DNA from: Camelus dromedarius | Lineage: Eukaryota | Length of the DNA: 64,000 nt | Assembly (NCBI RefSeq): GCF_036321535.1 | Contig: NC_087437.1 | Coordinates: 52,578,001-52,642,000 of the forward strand | Direction of reading: 5' to 3' | In this document: piece after piece, positions 1-14,380 of the stretch | Layout of the letters: each line of letters begins with the position of its first letter | Position numbering within the stretch: position 1 is the stretch's first letter | Translations under genes and position numbers: made by a program | Notes under the pieces: generated by a model | What the model saw: the letters and a program-made list of their open reading frames with translations, nothing else | Told to the model about the DNA's origin: nothing | The model's database searches: none

Positions 1-64
1 CTTCAGGTGGGCCGGTGATGATGACCATCCTTTCGCTGACGTCTGGGCCTTCTGCTGGGGCGAT
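1..64 (-). CDS. IGF2BP2: IGF2BP2 exon 13, partial ([21 protein letters not shown]...), KH3 C-terminal part
   Basis: Reverse complement reads ccacag|ATCGCCCCAGCAGAAGGC..., acceptor AG at 65-66; phase 0; truncated by the window start. Confidence 0.95.
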   Translation of the reverse strand, partial: MAPAEGPDVSERMVIITGPPE

Positions 65-2940
65 CTGTGGTTCACAGGGAAAGGGAAATGCTGCTTCTGG
101 GCTCTGTCCTCCTTGTGGACGGCACACCCACTATCAGGAGAATAGAGGACTCTGCCTTTGCACCTGGCGCTTTGTCTGACCCTGCTGCTTCCACTCGGGG
201 CCTTAGGAGATTATGACCACGGTGCCCAGTATCAAATTTGGGTCTCCAGCCACCCAGGCTGAGTTGGAAGCAAGTTAGCAGTTACTGCCTGTCCCTGCCC
301 TACGCACCAGCAGTGACTGGCCTCCTTTCACCAAGGAGCTCCACCAACCCACCCGGGGCCCAGAGGGGAGGAGCAGCTGGTCTGCAGAGGAGTTAAGTTG
401 GAGCCAGCCTGCAGGGAAGGGAACCCTGGTTCTCTTTCTCTGCTCTTAGGCAGCCGGCTGCCAGGGACAGTCAAACTAGAACGGGTGCGACTAGGCCCAG
501 CTCCTCCACAGCACATGAACCAACTGTGATGGCACCAGAACAAGAATGAGGACACCTTGGTTCCAGTGCCGGCTCTGCAAGTCCCTCCCTCCCCAGGGGT
601 AAAACATGACGGCTGAAACCTGGAAAGCGTGAAACCTCCTACCCTCTCTCCGTGAATCTGATGCCTTCTATAACACAGCTCAAACAACGGATCAAGCACG
701 CATTTTTTTGATAGAGATCCTCTTTACATTTTTTCCCCCTGCGTACACTGCCTTATTCCAAAAACCTTTAAGGTAGCTTTAAAAATAAATATAATATAGC
801 AAGATTGGAATTAATTTAAACTAAGCTGAGTTAAAAGTACCCCAGGCATTTAGGAATGAGCTAGGAGTGAAGTGAGTTCACAGATGTATCCCCCAAGTCC
901 TATACACTTGCTCAGGTGGGCCACTACAGACTCAGTTCTAAGCTCAGAGTACATACAAAGAGGAGACAGGCTCAATTACTGGGTCATAGTGTCCCTAAAG
1001 CCAAACAAAGTCAGTGGCTTGGGGAAGACACCATCCCCAAGACTGAGCTGTTCAGAGTTGATGTGATTCACCACTGACGGCATCACTGCAGTTACTGACT
1101 GAACCACGTGTCACAGCCTTGGGCTCCCCCAGGAGGACCTCCATCTCCACAAGGGTTAATTTTGTTTCTTTCAGTACATGCCCTACGCTGGGCTGCATCT
1201 GCAGACCTCAGGGTCCCATGTCGCTGTCCCAGCTTTACCGGGAGGACATGTCCAAGGCCTGCTATGAATCATGCCTGCTCTGAAAGGAGGACCCCTTCTA
1301 CAAGACCTTCGAGAGGATCTGGCCCTGACTACTCAGTGGCACGAGGATGAACCTGAGACACAGGTCACCGACCAGAGTGGCTTGAGGACTTCCCTTTGCT
1401 GCGGACAGACCACCTGCCAGCCTTCAACTGCAGGGCAGCGGCCTCAGCCAAAATACACAGGCTGCAGTGTGCCCAGGGGCTGAGGCCCTCCAGCCACACA
1501 GACTGGCCCCTGAGACCACTGGCAGGGGCCCCTATCTCTACTTCCAGACCCACAGGCGCCATCAAATCTAGCCCTTGTCTCCAAGAGTAAATAAGAGTGA
1601 CAGGAGCACAGGCGTGGTGGTTCCCAGTTCGGACACATCCAAACTGAGAAGGGCTGAAAGGCTGATTCACGGTTCATCTTGACCCAATCAGTTCTCACGG
1701 CTGCCTTGCTCAGATTATGAAAGAAACTCCTTATCTCTTCATTGCCCAGTGTTCACAGCCCAGCCCAGGACTCTGAGAGCCACAAGTGTCTCCTCCTGCG
1801 GCTCTGGAAAGGCATTCCACAGGGATATTTCTCAAGAGGACCCCATCTTGTGACTGAAGCAAATGGAACCCAGAGAGACGAGGTGACCACCGAGATGATG
1901 GGTGAGCAGGGCTGGAGGAAGGATCAGGAATTGTGAGTGGCATTCTGACACTTGCTGGCCAGATGCTCTCAGGAAAGGTGGGTGACGGGGCTCAGCTCTT
2001 ACCTGTAACCAAAGCATCTCTTGCATACACCTCCTCGATCCCAGCTTAGCCCAGCCCCTTCAGCACTCTGCTCCCACGTGCTAGAGTAAAGCTCTCCCCT
2101 GCCCTGGCAGCATCAAACATGCCTCTAGCTGGGGCCCCTGAAGACTGGCAAAGCAGGATTCGGGGCGGGGGGTGGTTCTGTGGAGTTAGTTCTTTAGAGA
2201 CAGATGCTGTCACACACTTGTCAAGATAAAGGAATAGCAAAACTAGACTGATTTTTTAAAAGTAGGAACTGTCTCTAGCAAATGCTTGGCTTCCCTGGTT
2301 TCCTCTCCTCTCCTGCTCTGAACAGAGGCGGGGCTTGGGAAAGAGAAGCGGGGTGGGGAAGCAGGTTGTTGGCCTGCACGTAACCAGGTAACTGGGTGGC
2401 AGAGCCCGTTCTGCCCCCTGCTCCAGCCCGGCTGTCTCCACCCATCACGGAGGTCACACCACCACTCAACTCTGCTGGGACACAGAGGGACTAAGGGGAT
2501 GCTATGCAGGGAAGCCCAAGGGATTGACCCCTCTCTATTTTCCCGAAGGCTTGCTGGAACAGTTCTGGAATAGCACTCAGGTTGCTATGGTGGAAAGAAC
2601 ACTGGACCAGAAATAGGATAGCCTGGTCCAGTCTTGGCTCTCAGTCTTTAGCTCTGTGGCCGTCAACACGTCAGTGAAACTCTGGGCCCTGGTTCCTTAC
2701 GGGCAACAGGGAGTGGAGAGTTACTGCTGCAACTTGCCCCAGGAGGCGCTCAGTAGCCTACAGGTCAACAGAACTGGTATCTAAGAGCCAGCCCTGCCAC
2801 CTGCCTGCCTTGGCTGTGTCCTGTTACCCAACCAAGTCTCACCTTTCTCAGGGGAAAAAGGAAGGATTTGATGAGACAATCCCTCAAGTCCCTTTTAGTT
2901 GAAATGAGTCTCATTCTGTCCCCTGCACCACATCTCAGAC

Positions 2941-3660
2941 AACGGGACTGGACACCGGGAGCAGCCCACGGGGCGCAGCCAGCCCAGCGGTTGTCCGCCT
3001 CACCCGTGCTTGCTACCACAGAGGGCCGGCCCGCGCGGCCGGTCAGTACCGGGCTGGGGTCTCACCCGCAACAAGCCTGCGGGGTGCAGAGGCCCTGGGC
3101 CGCCGCCACAGCCCACCCACACCTCGGGCTCTCATCCCGTCTGGGTGCTTTGCAGACGAGATAAATGAATCCTGAGAGGGGAAATGATTTACCTACATTA
3201 AATTCTTTCCTGGTCTCACTGCAATCCTCATTCTGCACGACTCAGAATGTTTTGTTTTTGTTTTCCCTCCAGCACACTTGCTGTGGGAGAAATTCCAGCT
3301 CTTCCTGGGGAGAAAGTGCAAGCATTCTTTCTTTCCAAGTCATGAGACTTCTTGTTCGGAATTCCGGGTTGTCCCATGGTAGCGAATTATTTTACGTAAC
3401 AACGGAAACTCTGTTTCCGAAAAGTGCTTCATGAAGCTCGGGACGTGCTCAGCATTCTGCCCGTGAGTCAGAGCTGATAGCTGGGCTTGGAGCACGACCA
3501 GGGTCGAATAATCCTCCCCTTTCAGCTTCCCTGACTTCTCTTCCCGCTGTGCTCTGGCGGGCAGGATGTGGGTCCGAAACTGCGGCTCCGTCCGCACTCA
3601 GCCATGGCGTAAATCAGGGGCCTTCCTTCCTGAGCCTCCCAGTCCCAGGGCTGCGTCTCA
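2941..3660. promoter_or_regulatory. Intronic CpG-rich patch in intron 12, candidate regulatory element
   Basis: About 20 CpG counted in 2941-3160 and about 19 in 3355-3660, against a CpG-depleted background; TTACGTAA, paired CGGAAA and TGAGTCA motifs. Confidence 0.45.
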
Positions 3661-3953
3661 GGTCATGTCACCAGCTTTTGTTTATCTAAGGCTTCATCAC
3701 CGCTTTTCAAAGAGTTTTTCATTCAAATTGTTTTTTCAAAGTTCAAGGGTTTCTGAAGCAGAAGCTAATTAAAGCACCAAGCACTGACAGCTGCTGAGTA
3801 TACATTCTCACCCCCCCCCCCGCCTAGACCCCTCCCCGCGCTTGGGGGGCTCCTCAGCCTTTGTTTTATCTTCCTGAGGAGAGGACAATGGTGGCCCAAA
3901 GAGAACCAGGCTGGCTTATCTATTACTAGTACTTTTTCCTAATTCATTTCTTA

Positions 3954-4487
<534 letters not shown>

Positions 4488-4996
4488 TCACGGGCTTTCT
4501 GACAAGCGGTATGTATTTCTCCTGCATCTTCATCCAAGGAATCAGCAGCCATGAAGCTTACCTTGTCAGAGGGAACAGAGAGCTGCCCGGCCCAATTCGT
4601 AGGCAGGAGCAGCATTTTCACTGGAGTGAAACGAGACTGCAGCTAAACCCACCCTGACAAGGCCACGCAGGGACGGCCCTGAGAAACGTGGGTGAGGCCA
4701 CAGCGGTCCCTGCTTTCCCTGCTGTAGGGTCTTTGGGAATGACACGGCCCTTTGCTGGACTTGGTTTAGAGAACTTTGGTACCTCTGTTCTTGAACCCAA
4801 CACCACCACCTGGTTTGACCCGTTGCTTGCCCCTCTGCACCAGCGTCCTGCTACCCGTAGGATGCCGAGCAGGCAGCATCAGTGCTCCCAAGAGCCTCTA
4901 GTGCGCTCGAGTGCTGGGTGTCTGGTGTGCTTATGCTCCGTGATGTGGTCAGTCTGCCAAGGACTGCGTGCTGCCCGCCCCAGGAGAGGCACTTAC

Positions 4997-5065
4997 TGAG
5001 TGATGATGTGGGAACGGGCCGAACTGGTGCGGGGGGTACAAGCTGGAGAAGTATCCGGAGTGGGT
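4997..5065 (-). CDS. IGF2BP2: IGF2BP2 exon 11 ([23 protein letters not shown]), KH2-KH3 linker
   Basis: 69 nt; acceptor ctgcag|ACC, donor TCA|gtaagt; not in the ORF track, read by hand. Confidence 0.95.
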
Positions 5066-6819
5066 CTGCAGCGGGAGAGAAACGGTCAGTCAGCAGGGGT
5101 TCTCAGGACAACTCACCAAACACAGGGAGGCAAGATCCCAAAGGCAACCCAGGCTCCCTGCACCGTCACCAGGCCGCACAGCTGTCTGCATGCCTGTCCC
5201 TCTGCAGCTCAGACCTCTGCTCCCTCCCCCCACAGAGAACTGGCTGGGTGAATGTTCCTCATTTCCGAGTTGAGCCAGGCTCTAGGCTTCCTAGGAACCC
5301 ACTGCCACAGGAGGAGGGGCACACATTTCTTAATCTGCCCTCAGGCAGAGAGGCAGGGCCAGTGGCTTCTACTTTCTGAGGAATTATGAACCATGGAGCA
5401 AAAGAACAGAGTGCTAGGACAGTATTCACGAGTTATTCAGAACAAGCAAAGGTGCTCCTGGGAAGTCAGAAGGAATGGAGATTGAGATAGAGAAACTGAA
5501 AACAAAATCAAGAGAGAGAGAGAAAAAAAAAAAAAAAGAAAATGAAAGAATAAGGGGGAGGAGGAAGGCAAGGGACAGGAAGGCAAATGTGGATAGAAGA
5601 AAACAGCTATTAAGAAAATAGCATTAATTTTAAAAGTAGCTGCTTTTTACTGAATACTTACTGTGTACTAGGCATTGTGGTACTTTATATCTATTTATAA
5701 AATCTCTTAATCCTCACACCAGTCCTGTGAGACAGGAATATATCTGTTTTTGTATATTTTTATGGGCAGGATGTTAAGGAGTCAGAAAAGTCCAGTTCAC
5801 TGTGCTTTACACGTAAGGCTGAGTAAATGCTGGCATGCCTATTACAGCATGGGGGTGGACACATGGCCATTACAGGAGGGGGTGGACAGCTCTGAGCACC
5901 ATGGAACCAATCCCCGAGGGCCCACCTAGCAGTGGTCAGACATGATGAGACTTGGAGTTAGGGGGCACAGCTTTCACTGAGGGCCCGTGAGCAAACCTCC
6001 TGGTGTCCTCTGTCTCCTGAATAACCAGTAGTGCTGGACTCTGAGCATAACTTTGCTGAGGACTCATTAAAGGTAAAATGAAACTATTCCTCTTTTTGAG
6101 CTTGGACAGTAGACTTCTGACCTCAGGGGAAGAGAGATGTAAACATGGTGGGGAGCTTCCCCTGGGGTACTCTGGGTGCCCACAGCACCTGCTGGGGATG
6201 GAGGACGGAGCTCTGCCAAAGGAAGGGAACCATCCTGTAAATGCAAGACTTTGCTCTTACGACGCGGAAAGAGGCTGCAATGACACCTCATGCCCACAAG
6301 AGGGGGCTATGAGACCAGAATTCACTTAGCAACCTCCACTTCTGCGAGGAAGCTGAGTGAAGCTGGTTTTAGCTCCCTTGGTCCCATCTCTTTCTTCAAG
6401 AGCATCAGCTCCTGACCCTTCTCCATGCAGGTCTCTGTCCTGAGCCACAGTGGGTCAGGGGGAAATTCCTGCAGCTCTTCTGTCCAAAGCTCTACCTTGG
6501 GGAAAGGATGCTTCTGCCCCGCTCTCACCTGGAGGGCCTTTCCTTCAACTCTCAGCAGATACAGTTCTTCTGAATTGTGACTTGGCCTCTACGTTGACAG
6601 GCCACAGTGTAGCTCCATCCTGGGTTTAAATACTTCCAACGTAAACACTATCAAATTAAGATCTACCACTTGGGTTAGGGGAGGGAGCTGAGTGTAAAAC
6701 GATAAAAAGAATTAGTTCCCCACTCCCCTTTTCATTCATGAGTTACAGCTGGAAAACTGTTGTGTAGAAAGAATCCTGAACTCAGCAATCAGGAGCTTGT
6801 TTCTAGTTGGGGCTTCATC

Positions 6820-6995
6820 ATTAATCTTTGTGGATACAAGCTGGGTTTTGGAGTCAAAAGACCCCGACGACTTGAATCTGAATCACTAGCTCTATATAAG
6901 TTGGAATAATTTATTCAACTTTTCTGAACCTCATCCACAAATGGATTAAAATAATATCTATTGCTTGCAATACTGTCGTGAGAATTTATTCAATT
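6820..6995 (+). mobile_element. MIR SINE remnant
   Basis: ttttggagtcaaaagacc...ttgaatctg...ttattcaacttttctgaacctc...ataatatcta resembles the MIR core. Confidence 0.55.
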
Positions 6996-7520
6996 GTTCA
7001 TTCATTCATGCAAAAGGTATTTGAGCAAAGCACTGTTCTAGGTTCTAGGGACTCAACTATTGAGACAGAAAAGGTCACTGCCACCATGGAGCTTAGGTTC
7101 CGTGTCTGGGGAGACAGACAAGTATGTGGAAGAGAAGAACAGGAAGCCGCGAGGAAGGGGAGCTGTGGAGACGAGGGGAGGGATAGCCACTTCAGCTGGA
7201 GGGGCCTGGGAAGACTCTTGGAAGCGACCTCTGAGTTGGGAACCATGGAGGAGATGGAGTACCATGCAAGGTACTGGGGAAGGAACATTCTAAGCAGGGT
7301 TCTTAAAGGTGCAGAGCTAGGAAAGGGGTTGGCCTGTTTGGAAAACAGGAAAAAAGTCCAGTATGGTGAAAGCGACTAAGGAAGAACAGCAGGATACGAT
7401 GGGGAGGCAGGCAGTGCGAGATCACGCAGGGCCCTGTGGGTCTTGGTTTGGACATGGACTTGACCCTAGGTACGATGGATGCCCCTGAAGGATGTTACGT
7501 GGCTTCAGTGAGGTCACAGG
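6996..7520 (-). mobile_element. L2 LINE 3' remnant
   Basis: cattcattcatgcaaaaggtatttgagc...cactgttctaggttctaggga...catggagctt, the antisense of the L2 3' end. Confidence 0.6.
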
Positions 7521-8749
7521 AAAGGAGAATCCATCATCGGGCACCGAAGGGGCTCAGCTAGTGAGTGTTAAATGAGTTCTTATTTATCACTTATTGGAGC
7601 ACAACTTCCATTTGCCATCTCTTCCCCGGGCTTACACAGAGTCTACAACCTCAAATGGAAGAGGTGCTTAGTCATAATGATCAAAAAGTAACCTGCTGAT
7701 GACTTGAATAAATGTTCTTTTTAATGGGAAAGCAGGCTGTAGCCAACTGACAAACTGGGGCCCCAGAGTGGGGGCAGTATGGAACCCCACCCCCAATATG
7801 GCAGTCGGGGTTACTGTCTCTCAGGGCCCCCAGCTATTTTATGAGGAAGAAGCTACATTGATTATTTCAAAAGAATTATGACTTGGAGGGGTGCGGGGAA
7901 GAGGGGTTATGGTAAAGGTACCTCTGCAAGAGGTAACCCCCCCACAAAAAACCCCAGAGAGGCAGCAAGGGTGAGGGGTCCACTATTATCCACTGGTTCA
8001 TTTCAAATTCTCAGTTTGAGGGAAAGTAGTGTTTGCTTTTCTTCTATGTCTGACTATGCTGGGGGTAGAAGAGGGGTAGATATGAAACACACTCCTGAAA
8101 ATTTTAAATGAAATTATAAACAGCTGGGCCTGCATTTTTTGGAAGAACTGCAGGGTCCTCAATTCCCAACTCTTGTGTAACCCATCTGATGCATCACTTA
8201 GGTTACATTCTGAAGCATAAAGAAATCAGGGAGTGGGACGAGAGAGGGGTGGGAAAGAGGCAGTAAAGAGGGCAAGGTCAGGCATACAAATTAGGTTCAA
8301 GTCTACAAAGGGTTTTAGTGTGATGACGGAGTGGTGCTCTCCCTGGGAACCAGGGATGCAGACATGGGGGAGGGAGTGGACTTGGTCAGAGGGGTCAGAA
8401 TCATGGGCAGAGCTGTTCAAGATTCAGAACATGCAGCATTCTACCCCAGCTTGTCCAAGTGCCTCCTTACAGCCCCTGCCCACCACCCATGGGCTCTTAA
8501 AGGACCACCTCAGGAGCTGATGGGGACCAGAAATCGGTCAGCTAGCAAGAGACAGAGCCAAGCTTTAGGCACAGATCTCTTGCCCCTAGATCTTAACTGC
8601 TACCCCCAATACTGCCCTCTCTGAGAACATTCTAAATTCACTGGTTCAGGTGGGGCCTATGGTGTATGTTATGATAAAGCTCCCTTAGGGATTCTAATAT
8701 GTCCTCTACTGAGTTTACTGAAGTACATGAATGGACAATTAAAATTCAT

Positions 8750-11420
8750 TAGACATATACAGAGAATCAGCAGCATGAAAAAGGGAAGCAAACTTGAGCA
8801 AGGCAAGCAAATGACCTCAGTGAATTAATTCAGGAAAGAGGGAGAGCCTTTTTAAAAAGTCTGCTTTGATTTCCCAGTGAGATTCAAGAGGGCAGCGCTT
8901 TAATGTGTGAACAGACTGCCTTGAGGAAAAAGACCAATCAGACACCTAGGTTGATCTTAAAAATTAAAAACATGATTAGCAAAGTAAACACTCAATAGAA
9001 GCCATATAAACAGTAGCACAGACACCCCCGAAAAGCCAGTCAGAGGAGATGAACCCATGCAAAACAAAAGGAGGGCCCCAGAGGAAGCAAGAGTGAGAAG
9101 ACCTACTCTCTGTCCGTCAAGTGTAAACTCCAGGAGGAGAAGCAACACTAAAATTACAGATGCAAAAGGTTTTCCTGACCCAGTGAAAAACCTGAATGTT
9201 CAAATCAAAGGGTTGAGTCAGATTTCTGATTTCCAAGGGTGAAGGTAAAATACTACAAAAGGCAAAAAAACGTAAAGACAAAGGAAAAAGAAGTTACCTA
9301 CTAAAGAAAGAGAATCAGACTGGTAGCAACTTAACTGAGAAGCAAAATGCTATAAGTAATGTTTTCAGAATTCTAATGGAACTATGGCCCTGGAATTTCT
9401 AGACACCCAGTTGAACTTTTATTCACGCATTAGGGGAAAAAAAGGTGTTTTCAGATACAGAAAGGCTTAGAAATTATACTTACGTACTACTGAGAAAAAA
9501 GTTGTGAGGAAGTACTCCAGAAAAACAAAGAAACAAAAACAAGTAACTCAAAAAATGAGAGGATATGAGACACAAGAAACCACCTGCAGTGAGCAAAGAA
9601 ACCAGTAAAAGTTTAGTTAATTCCAAATAACTGTGATTTATGAGGTTATGTATTGATTAATAAAGTTTAATAATTTGGACTAAAATTCCAGATTATTTCT
9701 AGAGTAATATGATCAAAATACATTAAACAAAATCTGTTAGAAATAAAGAATCTGAAAAAAACCATGATCAGAGTGAGAGAACAGTAAACTGCTCTCAAAA
9801 TGTAACAAGTCTTACAGATAAAAGTAATTATATGGACAATACAGGTCACAATTAAAAGCTTGATTTTACAGCCATAAACGTAACTTTGAGTCCATCAGCA
9901 AAGGTGCATCGTTCCAAGTAGCCGTGACTTCCAAAATTTGATCATGTGTGAGCAAGACCACAAAAATCACAGCTGTTCCAATAACATCCTTTGAGCACAA
10001 AGTACAGGAAACAATTGCAAAAGAAAAGAAACTCTTAACTACTTAGAGGTTAAAACAATAGAAAAACCCATAGCAAATCTGATTAAGAAAAGAGAGAGCA
10101 CAAACACACGATGCTAGGAATTAAAAGAGAGAGAGAACCGCAAGTGTGCAGATTTAAAAGGCAACGGTCAGCTTTATACAACTTTGGGCCAATACATGTG
10201 AAAAGAGAGATGAAATGAATGCTTTTCCAAGAAAATATAAATTAAAAGCCAAGTCAAACATATATAAGAAACTGCAAGATTATAAACGACCTTCCTCCAA
10301 ACAAAAGGTGCTAGGCCCAGAAAGTTTATGGACGGGTTCTATCAAATCTCCAAGGAACAGAAAATTCCTTTTATTCTTAATTTTCCCAAGAATAGTAAAA
10401 GTTGACTATCTTTCCAATTCAGTCTTCAAGAAAAAAGAAACTCTGCTGTTAAAACTGTCAAAGGTCCTATAAGACTACAGTAATTGCAGTGCAGACAGAG
10501 ATGAATGGAACAGAACAGTCCAGGAATACGACTCAGTGGGAATTCAATGTAGGACAAAGCTGGCATTTCAAACTGAGGGATAAAACGGTGCATCACTCTG
10601 TAAGCGATTTGGGGAAAATGGATATCCATTTGGGGAAAAAAAAATCCCTTTCTTAAAGTATAAGTCAAAATAAATTCCTTATGAATTATAAATATAAACA
10701 ACAATCCCCGAAAACCAACAACTAAAAATTACTACTAAAAATAAGAAAACTTGGGAGACTGTTCAACTGCTTTACACACGGGAGAAGGCTTTTTCTTAGC
10801 ATGACGTCAAAAGCCAGAAATCCATAAAGGAAAACATCTGTGATTTAACTAAATCCTTAAAATTTCTGCATAAATTCTATTGAAAGGAAATCTGTGAAAA
10901 TTTTAAATGCAATACCCTTTGATGCAACAAATGCCATCTTAGAACTTACTTCCAGATATACTTACACGCTTACGTATAAGGATATTTATTTTCACACTAT
11001 TTGTAGTGGAGAAAGACTAGAAATAACCCAAATGTCCAAAAATAGTGTGCTCAGTCGAAAAATTGTAGTAAATTCATACAATGGAATACTAAGTAGCCAT
11101 TAACGAGAACTTTGTCTAGCTATGGAAAGATGTCCATAATAAGTAAAAAACAAAAACAAACCAAAAACCCTGTAATTCACTGTGTATGGTATGATTCCAT
11201 TTATGTTTTTGAATAATTGATTTTTATATGATTATGTGCTCAGAAAACATATTTTTTAATGTGTAAACGTAACAGTGCTATTCTTCTGGGGAGTGGTTGT
11301 TGGGTGAAACATGGGTAAGAGAAAGAAGACTGAAGGAATCATTTGCTATTTCCTTCATACAATACTTCATTTGTTCAAAATATATCTATTTTAAATTACT
11401 ATGGCACAAGACACCACACA
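8750..11420 (+). mobile_element. Highly decayed old L1 (L1M/L1ME-type) fragments
   Basis: A-rich plus strand with ORF1-like (gaatcagactggtagcaac), ORF2-like (ggcccagaaagttt, gctggcatttcaaac) and 3'-like (aataacccaaatgtcc, atacaatggaatact) motifs. Confidence 0.55.
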
Positions 11421-11754
11421 TAAAACAAAGAGAAATGACAAGCTGGTGGAAAATACAACATGACAAATGGTTAACATCCTTAATATGTAATTAGCTGTTA
11501 CAGATCACTAAGAAAAAGAAGAAGGGAAATGACATTAACAGCTAAGGTTCACACAGCAGTTACTGTGTGCAGACTTTAACTTATTTAATAACCCTCACAA
11601 CAGCCCATGATATATGTACTATTGTTACCCCATCTTACAGATAAATGGCCAGTAAGCCCCAGAGTGTTAAATCTCGTAATAGCATCTTTTAAAGTATCAG
11701 ACTGCAAGGAACAATTACATTGGTAGTGAGAGTATAGGAGGAGGAAATACTTTT

Positions 11755-11862
11755 CTAAGAAAAAAGAATATATATATATGTATATGTATAACTGAATCGC
11801 TGTGCTGTACACTAGAAACACAACATTCTGAATCAACTATACTTAAAAAAACAAACAAAAAA
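11755..11862 (+). mobile_element. 5'-truncated artiodactyl-type L1 3' end
   Basis: tataactgaatcgctgtgctgtacactagaaac...aatcaactatact plus A-rich tail; same motif as the copies at 35.3 kb and 59.0 kb. Confidence 0.7.
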
Positions 11863-12969
11863 CTTCTCTGTCACACCCTTGATGGGAAAGAAAAGTACTA
11901 CATTGTTTCTGTATCAAAACTTATTATATCTCAACATTCATATTTTATAGTTACATATAATATACAAAATTCATATATTCTTTGGCTCAGCAATTCTATT
12001 TCCAGGAATTTATTCTGAAGAAACAACTGAATAAAAGAACCAAGATATAGATATATAGATATATAGATATATATGGACAAAGATTTCCACTGTAGAGTGA
12101 CAGTTAAAAATATATATATATCACCTATATATTTATTATACATACATATAAACTGTATATATACCTACACACATATACATAGAAACACTGGCTATTTCTA
12201 GAGCAAGAAAAATTTTGCACTTTTACTATTTGCTTCTTAAATATTATTATGCATGTACTAATTTTATAACCAGAAAATAACAAAAAATAATAATTTTCCT
12301 ACATACACATATGCATTCAAAGCTCCTAGAGTTGAGAGACTAACTCACACACGTGTGAGCCAGCTCTAAGGAGGTGCACAGACTTCCTGACCTTTGGATG
12401 CTAAGAGCAAAAGGACTAGAGTTTTGTGATGTATAAAAGCAACCAAGAAATACCCTAGTTCCTTGAGATCTGAATGCCTGTGTGACTGAAAAGCAATAAT
12501 ATCTTACAAGTATTTAAAGTATCCCCACCACTCCATCCTACCCTGTCCTCCTCAGGAGGCCTGGGCCCAGCAGGGAAGCCCACGAGCCTGCAGTGCAGGT
12601 TCCATACCCTGCACAGGTGGGTAGCACTGGCAGCCGGCCTCCTCGCCTGGCCCCGGGCTTCTCAGCTCTCTGAGAGAGGTTTGTAGCAGCTGTGTTGTTG
12701 CAGAGTTGGGGCAACTGTGTGCTCTGGATTACAATTTAATCTTGATCTATGAGCTCAAATCAGAACTACCTGGCTTTTAACCTAAAGAAGAAATTTTACT
12801 TAAAATCTATTTTATAAAGAACAAAAATTCTGTATATTAGTAAAATCATTATGCTACTGTTTTAGTTAAAAAAAAAAAAACTTAGAAGCTTTCCAATTGG
12901 CAAAATCTATTCTTTAGAAAGTTTAGAAAATATTCTGCTATCATGAAAATTTCTCTTATTGTTCTAGTT

Positions 12970-13169
12970 CAGGGATCTGCAAATTTTTCTGTAAAGAGCC
13001 AAATACATATTTCAGGCTTTGCACATCTCAGGTCTCTACTGCGTCTACTCAATTCTGCCATCATAGCAGGAAAGCAAATAGTATGTAAATAAACATCCAT
13101 AGACGTATTTATTTACAAAAATAATTGGTGGGTGGGATTTGGCCCTCGGACTGTAGTTTGCTGACCTCT
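12970..13169. mobile_element. MER58A-like hAT-Charlie MITE
   Basis: Terminal inverted repeats cagggatctgcaaa ... tttgctgacctct; internal tttctgtaaagagcc and ggatttggcc. Confidence 0.7.
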
Positions 13170-13189
13170 TTCAGATGACCAGTTTCAGA

Positions 13190-14380
13190 AGTGCTCTCTT
13201 ATACTCCACCCCAATAACTATTCAACTACTAATTTGCATTCTGTGACTATAAATTAGATTTGACTTTTCTAGAATTTCAAATAAATAGCCCATAGAATAT
13301 ACACTCTTTCTGTCTGACCTTTTTCACTCAGCATAATACTTTTGAAATCCATGTTGAGATTCACCTCTGGTTTTGTGTATATCAGTAATATGTTCCTTTT
13401 TATTGCTGAGTATTATTGTTGTTTGGATATACCACCATTTGTAACTATTCATATCTGTTGATGGACATCTAAGGTTGATGAACATCTAAGTTTTGAACTA
13501 TTATGAATAAAGCTGCTACATACATATGTTATAAGTCTGTGTGTGGATATATGTTTAAATACTTGGGAGTGGAATTTATGAGTTCTAGAGGACACTGAAC
13601 CTTCCGAAGCATTTATACCATTTTGCACTCCAGCCAGCAACGTGTTCAAGTTTTAGTTCGCCATGTCCTTGTCGATGCTTGGCGCTGCCGTTGGTTTTCA
13701 TTTTAGCACCTTTAGTGGATATGCAGTGGTGTCTCACTGTGGTTTTAATATGCATTTCCCTGATGATGTTGAGCAACGTTTCATGTTTATTTGACATTTG
13801 TATCTTCTTTTTGGGAAGTGCTTTTTCAAATATTTTGCCCATTTTAGATTTGGGTTAACTTACTGAGTTGTAAGAATTTTTGTCTACATTCTAGATAAAA
13901 GTCCTTTATAAGATATGTTTGTGAACATTTTGTTTCCATCTGTGGCTTGCTTTTTTTGTTTTCTTAATGATAGATCTTGAAGAGCAGAAGTTTTTAATTT
14001 TGATGAAGTCCACTTTATATATATATATATTTCTTTTATGGTTGTATTTTTGTGTGTGCTAAGAAATCTGTGCTTACTCCAAGATCAGAAAGAATTTCTA
14101 TGTTTTATGCTAGAAATTTTACAGTTTTAGCTTTTATAACTAGCTCTGTGATTCAAATTAATTTTTATGAAATGTATGAGGTAAAGGACTAGGTTCATTT
14201 TTTTGATTTTTGGTTATTTAAATACTATTCATTAAAAAAAAATTATCCTTTCCCGTTGAAATACCTTCACCATGTATTTGAGGGTCTGTCTGAGTTCTGT
14301 ATTTACACCAATCTATATTGTATATTCTTATGCCAATACCACACAGTCTTCATTACTATACATTAAAAATTATAGTCTTG
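13190..14380 (-). mobile_element. Old L1 (L1MB/L1MC-type) ORF2 end and 3'UTR fragment
   Basis: T-rich plus strand with catatctgttgatggacat, gtggtgtctcactgtggttttaa, ttttgatgaagtcca; ORF 13585-13842 resembles ORF2 (IIREMHIKTTVRHH). Confidence 0.75.
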
